Assembly (NCBI GenBank): GCA_965215105.1
Contig: OZ244051.1
Coordinates: 5,186,896-5,250,895, forward strand
Direction: 5' to 3'
DNA from: Vicinamibacterales bacterium
GTDB taxonomy: Bacteria > Acidobacteriota > Vicinamibacteria > Vicinamibacterales > UBA8438
Length of the DNA stretch: 64,000 bases
Each line of letters starts with the position of its first letter. Position 1 is the first letter of the stretch. Positions 59,372-64,000 of this stretch are shown piece after piece. The position numbers and the translations under genes were made by a program. Below the pieces are notes generated by a model that had not been told where the DNA came from, ran no database searches, and was given only the letters and a program-made list of their open reading frames with translations.

Positions 59372-59818
59372 GTGCTTCGGGGGAACTATTCGGTCAAGAT
59401 CGACGAGAAGGGACGACTGAAGATCCCGGCGGTGTTCCGGTCCGCCATGCAGGACCGGTACGGCACCCAGGTGTACGTGACCTCCCGCAAGCACGAGGGC
59501 GTCGTCGTCAACATCTATCCGATGCCGGTCTGGGAGGAGATGGAGCGCAAGCTGGCGACGCTGCCGCCGTCGCTGCCCGAGCTCGCGCGCTACGTCGACC
59601 TCGTGAACTACTACGGCCAGCCCGGCGAGATCGACAAGCAGGGCCGGGTGTCCATCCACCCCCTGCTGCGCGAGTCGGCGGCGATGGCGGGCGACGTGGA
59701 CGTCCTGGGGCAGCTCGACCATCTCGACGTGTGGAATCACGAGCGATTCGCGACGCGCAGGGCGAACGAGCCCTTCACGGAAGCCGATGCCCGGAAGCTG
59801 TCGGAGTTCGGCATCTGA
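59372..59818 (+). CDS. mraZ: division/cell wall cluster transcriptional regulator
   Basis: GTG 59372 gives (M)LRGNYSVKIDEKGRLKIPAVFR. Second SpoVT-AbrB half IDKQGRVSIHPLLR. Confidence 0.88.
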   Translation: MLRGNYSVKIDEKGRLKIPAVFRSAMQDRYGTQVYVTSRKHEGVVVNIYPMPVWEEMERKLATLPPSLPELARYVDLVNYYGQPGEIDKQGRVSIHPLLRESAAMAGDVDVLGQLDHLDVWNHERFATRRANEPFTEADARKLSEFGI

Positions 59819-60711
59819 TGGCGACGATCCTACACGAGCCGGTCCTGCGGGCGGAGACGGTCGGGCTGCTCGAGCCGGCGGGGCGCGGCCTCGTCGTCGA
59901 CTGCACGGTGGGGACCGGGGGGCACGCGGCGGCGCTGCTCGAGGCGGGGGCGGACCGGGTCCTCGGGCTCGACCGCGACGCCGAGGTGCTGCCCCTCGCC
60001 CGCCGGCGCCTCGCCGCCTGGAAGGACCGCGTGGACCTGGTGCACGCCGACTACCGCGGCCTCGACGACGTGCTGGATCGGCTCGGGGTCGAACGGGTCG
60101 ACGGGGCGCTCGCCGACCTCGGGTGCTCCTCGGTCCAGCTCGAGGCCGAGGGGCGGGGCTTCAGCTTCCGCCGCGACGATCCCCTGGACATGCGCATGGA
60201 CCGGACCTCGGGCCGCCCGCTCGCCGACCTCCTCGCCGAGGCGACGCCCGAGGGGCTGGCGGACGTCATCTTCGAGTACGGCGAGGAGCGCCGCTCGCGC
60301 CCCATCGCTCGCGCCATCGTCGCCGCGGCGGCCGGCGCGGGAATCGGGACGACGGCCGAGCTCGCCGCCGTCGTCCGCCGCGCCGCGCGCTACCGCGGCC
60401 GATCCCGCATCGACCCCGCGACCCGTACGTTCCAGGCGCTGCGCATCTGGGTCAACCGTGAGCTCGACGGGCTCGACGCGTTCCTGCGCGCGGCCGCGGG
60501 GCGCCTGAAGGCGGGCGCGCGCCTCGCCGTCATCAGCTTCCACTCGCTCGAGGACCGCATCGTCAAGCGCACGCTGCGGGAGCTCGAGCGAGGCGGAGAG
60601 CTCGCGTTGCGCATTCTGACCCGCAAGCCGGTGCGGCCGGCCGAAGAAGAGCTGGCCCGCAACCCGCGCGCCCGCTCGGCCCGGCTGCGGGCGGCCTGGA
60701 GGGCGGCGTGA
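59818..60711 (+). CDS. rsmH: 16S rRNA (cytosine1402-N4)-methyltransferase
   Basis: ATG 59818. HEPVLRAE, DCTVGTGGHA, DLGCSSVQL, ISFHSLEDRIVK motifs. Confidence 0.93.
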   Translation: MATILHEPVLRAETVGLLEPAGRGLVVDCTVGTGGHAAALLEAGADRVLGLDRDAEVLPLARRRLAAWKDRVDLVHADYRGLDDVLDRLGVERVDGALADLGCSSVQLEAEGRGFSFRRDDPLDMRMDRTSGRPLADLLAEATPEGLADVIFEYGEERRSRPIARAIVAAAAGAGIGTTAELAAVVRRAARYRGRSRIDPATRTFQALRIWVNRELDGLDAFLRAAAGRLKAGARLAVISFHSLEDRIVKRTLRELERGGELALRILTRKPVRPAEEELARNPRARSARLRAAWRAA

Positions 60712-61136
60712 ATCAGCAGAACCTCGACTTCCGCGTCACCCGCGACATCCGCAACGCGCCGATCGTGCGGGAGATCGACCGGCGGCGGCAACGCGAGCTC
60801 TGGCGCTCCCTCGCGGTGGGGATCTGCTTCGTGGCCGTGATCCTGTTCTCCGCGTGGCAGAACTTCGAGCTGCTGCGATACGGCTACGAGATCGAGCAGA
60901 TGGAGCAGGAGCGTTCCGAGCAGCTCGACCTGAACCGGCACCTGCTTCTCGAGCTCGAGACGCTGAGCGCGCCGCAACGCCTCGAGCGCATCGCGACGGC
61001 CGAGCTGGGTCTGGCCGCTCCGGCCGCCGGGGCCGTACAGGTGGTCGAGCGCCAGGTGGCCTCGCCGCCGCCGGACCGGACGGTGATGGCGGATCGGGAC
61101 ACGGGGCCGCGCATCGTCCCGGTCGCCGCCCGTTGA
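60708..61136 (+). CDS. ftsL: cell division protein FtsL
   Basis: GTG start overlaps the rsmH stop. Single TM helix LAVGICFVAVILFSAW followed by a coiled coil. Canonical position between rsmH and ftsI. Confidence 0.75.
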   Translation: MNQQNLDFRVTRDIRNAPIVREIDRRRQRELWRSLAVGICFVAVILFSAWQNFELLRYGYEIEQMEQERSEQLDLNRHLLLELETLSAPQRLERIATAELGLAAPAAGAVQVVERQVASPPPDRTVMADRDTGPRIVPVAAR

Positions 61137-61144
61137 AGAGGACC

Positions 61145-63151
61145 ATGACGATCGACCACAGCCCGGCGGCCGGCCAGTGGCGGGGGGTCCTGCACCCGCG
61201 GGTGCGGGTCGCCGCCTGCGTCATGGTGCTGTGGGCCATCGCCATCGCGGGGCGGCTCGTCCAGCTCCAGGTCGTCGACCACGACTTCTACGTCCAGCGC
61301 GCCGGCGACCAGCAGGAGCGCGTGATCGAGACGCCGGCCCGGCGGGGCGAGCTCCTCGACCGCGGGGGGCGGGTGCTCGCCTACGACGTCGCCGCCGACA
61401 CCCTCATCGCCGAGCCGAGGAAGGTGGACGACCCGGCGGGGACGGCCCGACGGCTCTGCGAGGTGATGGCGTGCGCGGCGGAGCGGGAGGCGCGGCTCGC
61501 GTCGGTCCTCGCCCGGGACAGCGCCTTCGCCTACGTCGAGCGGCAGATCTCGCCGCGGGTGGCCGAGCGCATACGCGGCCTCGGCCTCGACGGCGTCGGC
61601 TTCCTCAAGGAGAACCGGCGCTACTACCCCAACGGACCGCTCGCCGCGCACGTGCTGGGCCACGCCGGCGTCGACAACCAGGGCCTGCACGGCCTGGAGT
61701 CGCTGTACGAGGACTCCCTCGCGGGCGAGCCGGGGAGAATCCTGGTGCAGCGCGACGCCCAGCAGCAGGCGTTCAGCCGCGTCGAGCGGCGGCCGACGGC
61801 GGGGGTCTCCCTCGAGCTCTCCATCGACAGCTACATCCAGCACGTCGCCGAGCGCGAGCTTCGCGCCGCCGTCCGCGAGCACGACGCCGACGGCGGCAGC
61901 GTCGTCGTCCTCGACCCGCGCACCGGCGACATCCTCGCGCTCGCCAACGAGCCCACGTTCAACCCCAACGCGTGGCGGGGCGTTTCCGCGGAGGCGCGCC
62001 GGAACCGCGCGACGCAGGACGTCTACGAGCCGGGGTCGACCTTCAAGATCGTCACCGCCTCGGCCGCCCTCGAAGAGCGGGTGGTCCGGCCCGGCGACGT
62101 CATCGACGTGAGCCCCGGCGTGATCCACTTCGGGGGAAGGCCCATCCGCGACTTCCGCGACTACGGGGCCCTCACCTTCGCCGACGTCATCGTCAAGTCC
62201 AGCAACGTGGGGACCAGCCAGGTCGGGGTGGCCCTCGGATCGGACCGCCTCAACCGCTACGTCCGGCGCTTCGGCTTCGGGCAGACGAGCGCCCGCGACT
62301 TCCCCGGCGAGAGCCGCGGCATCGTTCACGACGCCTCCCGGCTCCGCGAGGGCGAGCTGGCCCGCGTGGCGATGGGCTACACCGTCTCCGTCACGCCGCT
62401 GCAGATGGCGGTCGCGATGAACGCCGTCGCCAACCGCGGGGAGCTGCTGGCCCCCCGCCTCGTCCGTGCGCGGCTGCGCGGCGACGTCCGCGAGGAGATC
62501 CCGGTGCGGGTCGTCCGCCGGGCCACCGGGTCGCGGACCGCGGACACCCTGACCCGGATCATGGAGGACGTCGTCGCCCGCGGGACCGCCCGGGCCGCCC
62601 GCATTCCCGGCTACAGCGTCGCCGGCAAGACGGGCACGGCCGAGAAGCTCCTTCCCGGCGGCGGCTACTCCCGGACCGACCACGTCGCCTCCTTCGCGGG
62701 GTTCGTGCCGTCCGTGCGGCCCGAGCTCACCATGCTCGTCGTGGTCGACGGCGTGGCCGGGTTCGGCGGCGCCGTGGCCGCGCCGGTGTTCCGGCGCATC
62801 GGCGAGTCGGTTCTCCGGCGTCTCGGGGTCGCGCCCAATCTGGACACGGCGCCGCCGCTGCTCGTGCCCCCCGAGCCCGCCCCGTTCCCGGGCGTGCGGA
62901 CCCTGCTCGTGGGCGCGGTCGAGGGGGCGGACCCGTCCGGTCAGGCCGCGGCGGGACCGGGCGTGATGCCCGATCTGCAGGGGCTCGGCGCGCGGGCGGC
63001 GGTCGCGGCGGCGACCGGCCTGGGCCTGTCGGCCCGGCTCCGGGGGCGCGGGGTGGTCGTGAGGCAGGCCCCGGCGGCGGGCGATGCGATCGTGCCGGGG
63101 CAGGCGCTGGTGCTGACCCTCGAGCGGCGCCGGGCGGGGGCGGGGTCATGA
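61145..63151 (+). CDS. ftsI: peptidoglycan D,D-transpeptidase (class B PBP) with C-terminal PASTA-like domain
   Basis: ATG 61145. STFK active site (PGSTFKIV), SSN (KSSNVG), KTGT (AGKTGTA). C-terminus MPDLQGLGARAAV...VVVRQAP. Confidence 0.9.
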   Translation: MTIDHSPAAGQWRGVLHPRVRVAACVMVLWAIAIAGRLVQLQVVDHDFYVQRAGDQQERVIETPARRGELLDRGGRVLAYDVAADTLIAEPRKVDDPAGTARRLCEVMACAAEREARLASVLARDSAFAYVERQISPRVAERIRGLGLDGVGFLKENRRYYPNGPLAAHVLGHAGVDNQGLHGLESLYEDSLAGEPGRILVQRDAQQQAFSRVERRPTAGVSLELSIDSYIQHVAERELRAAVREHDADGGSVVVLDPRTGDILALANEPTFNPNAWRGVSAEARRNRATQDVYEPGSTFKIVTASAALEERVVRPGDVIDVSPGVIHFGGRPIRDFRDYGALTFADVIVKSSNVGTSQVGVALGSDRLNRYVRRFGFGQTSARDFPGESRGIVHDASRLREGELARVAMGYTVSVTPLQMAVAMNAVANRGELLAPRLVRARLRGDVREEIPVRVVRRATGSRTADTLTRIMEDVVARGTARAARIPGYSVAGKTGTAEKLLPGGGYSRTDHVASFAGFVPSVRPELTMLVVVDGVAGFGGAVAAPVFRRIGESVLRRLGVAPNLDTAPPLLVPPEPAPFPGVRTLLVGAVEGADPSGQAAAGPGVMPDLQGLGARAAVAAATGLGLSARLRGRGVVVRQAPAAGDAIVPGQALVLTLERRRAGAGS

Positions 63152-64000
63152 CCGTCGGCGATCTGGTGCCGCGGCTGTCGGGCCGGGTGGACGCCGCCGG
63201 CGCGCGCCCGCCGGTGGACGCCGCGGTGCTGACGCGGGACGCGACGTCCATCGCCTTCGACTCGCGCCGGGTCGAGCCGGGGGCGGTCTTCGTCGCCATC
63301 AGGGGACAGCACGCCGACGGCGCCGACTTCGCGGACGAGGCGGCGCGGCGCGGCGCCGTGCTCGTGGTGTCGGAGTCGCGCGCGCGGCCCGGCGCGGAAG
63401 GGCGGTGGGTGCAGGTGACCGACGCCCGGCTCGCCCTCGCCGAGCTGGCCGCGGCCTTCCACGGCAACCCGAGCCGCGACCTCACGGTGGTGGGGGTCAC
63501 CGGCACCAACGGCAAGACCACCACCACGTACCTGCTGGCGGCCATCTTCGAGGCGGCGGGGCGGCCGTGCGGCCGCATCGGAACCGTGACGTACCGCATC
63601 GGCGCGTCCGAGGCGGAGGCGCCGCACACGACCCCCGAGGCGCCGGACGTGCAGGCCCTTCTGCGCGAGATGGTCGAGCAGCGCGTCGCCGACTGCGTGA
63701 TGGAGGTGTCCTCGCACGCGTTGTCGATGCGCCGGGTGGACCGCACCCGGTTCAGCGCCGCCGTCTTCACCAACCTCACGCGCGACCACCTCGACTTCCA
63801 CGCCGACATGGAGCACTACTTCGAGGCGAAGCGCCGCCTCTTCGACATGCTGCCGCTCGGGGCGCCGGCGGTCGTCAACGTCGACGACCCCGCCGGCCGG
63901 CGGCTCGCGGGCATGGCCGGCCGCCCCGTGACCTACGCGGTGGACCAGGACGCCGAGGTGCGGCCCGATCGGGTGGAGTCGACGCGCGAGGGGACCCGGC
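63148..64000 (+). CDS. murE: UDP-N-acetylmuramoyl-L-alanyl-D-glutamate--2,6-diaminopimelate ligase, 3' end off the window
   Basis: ATG 63148 overlaps the ftsI stop. GVTGTNGKTTTTYLL P-loop, HTTPEA, EVSSHAL, FTNLTRDHLDFH. Not in the ORF track because it has no stop inside the window. Confidence 0.9.
   Translation, partial: MTVGDLVPRLSGRVDAAGARPPVDAAVLTRDATSIAFDSRRVEPGAVFVAIRGQHADGADFADEAARRGAVLVVSESRARPGAEGRWVQVTDARLALAELAAAFHGNPSRDLTVVGVTGTNGKTTTTYLLAAIFEAAGRPCGRIGTVTYRIGASEAEAPHTTPEAPDVQALLREMVEQRVADCVMEVSSHALSMRRVDRTRFSAAVFTNLTRDHLDFHADMEHYFEAKRRLFDMLPLGAPAVVNVDDPAGRRLAGMAGRPVTYAVDQDAEVRPDRVESTREGTR

Overview
Very GC-rich (visually about 70%) chromosomal window, densely packed with housekeeping genes; most long ORFs in the six-frame track are Arg/Pro/Gly-rich shadow frames of real genes. 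The VWA proteins of the acidobacterial VWFA-related type, the PadR regulator and the GldAFG/DUF4340 cassette suggest Acidobacteriota, but that is inference only.

Content in order:
- a PQQ alcohol-dehydrogenase homologue
- a DUF4340-GldG-GldF-GldA-like ABC cassette with an upstream REC-PilZ gene
- pal
- a divergent pyrimidine locus: pyrK-pyrD-grx-like on one strand, pyrR-pyrB-pyrC-TIGR02757 on the other
- TolC and PadR
- truA and uppS-cdsA-dxr-rseP
- a MATE pump
- a higB-higA-ispG-HAD gene string with overlapping junctions
- a hemX-like/hemA/hemC/hemD/hemB/hemL cluster, interrupted by two opposite-strand genes
- two VWA proteins
- a nine-gene nuo operon (A,C,D,H,J,K,L,M,N) with no Fe-S subunit genes
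- an F0-only atp operon (atpZ-atpI-atpB-atpE-atpF)
- a fused E1 alpha/beta dehydrogenase, a cupin and a rhomboid protease
- murJ and ychF
- the start of the dcw cluster (mraZ-rsmH-ftsL-ftsI-murE)

I recognised no rRNA, tRNA, CRISPR array, IS element or prophage.

The most unusual structure not explained by genes is an 83-bp hairpin-bearing repeat. It occurs as five perfect head-to-tail copies at 56027-56441, with dispersed or truncated copies in both orientations at four or more other intergenic sites. Other points worth a second look:
- the TA module translationally coupled to ispG
- the Fe-S-less nuo operon
- an internally duplicated orphan protein inside the heme cluster
- tandem duplications of two gene 3' ends
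- a start-less BrnA antitoxin relic between nuo and atp
- a PQQ dehydrogenase that lacks the vicinal Cys-Cys but carries the D-x-D lanthanide-type signature

All functional calls come from reading the translated sequences by eye; no database search was run.
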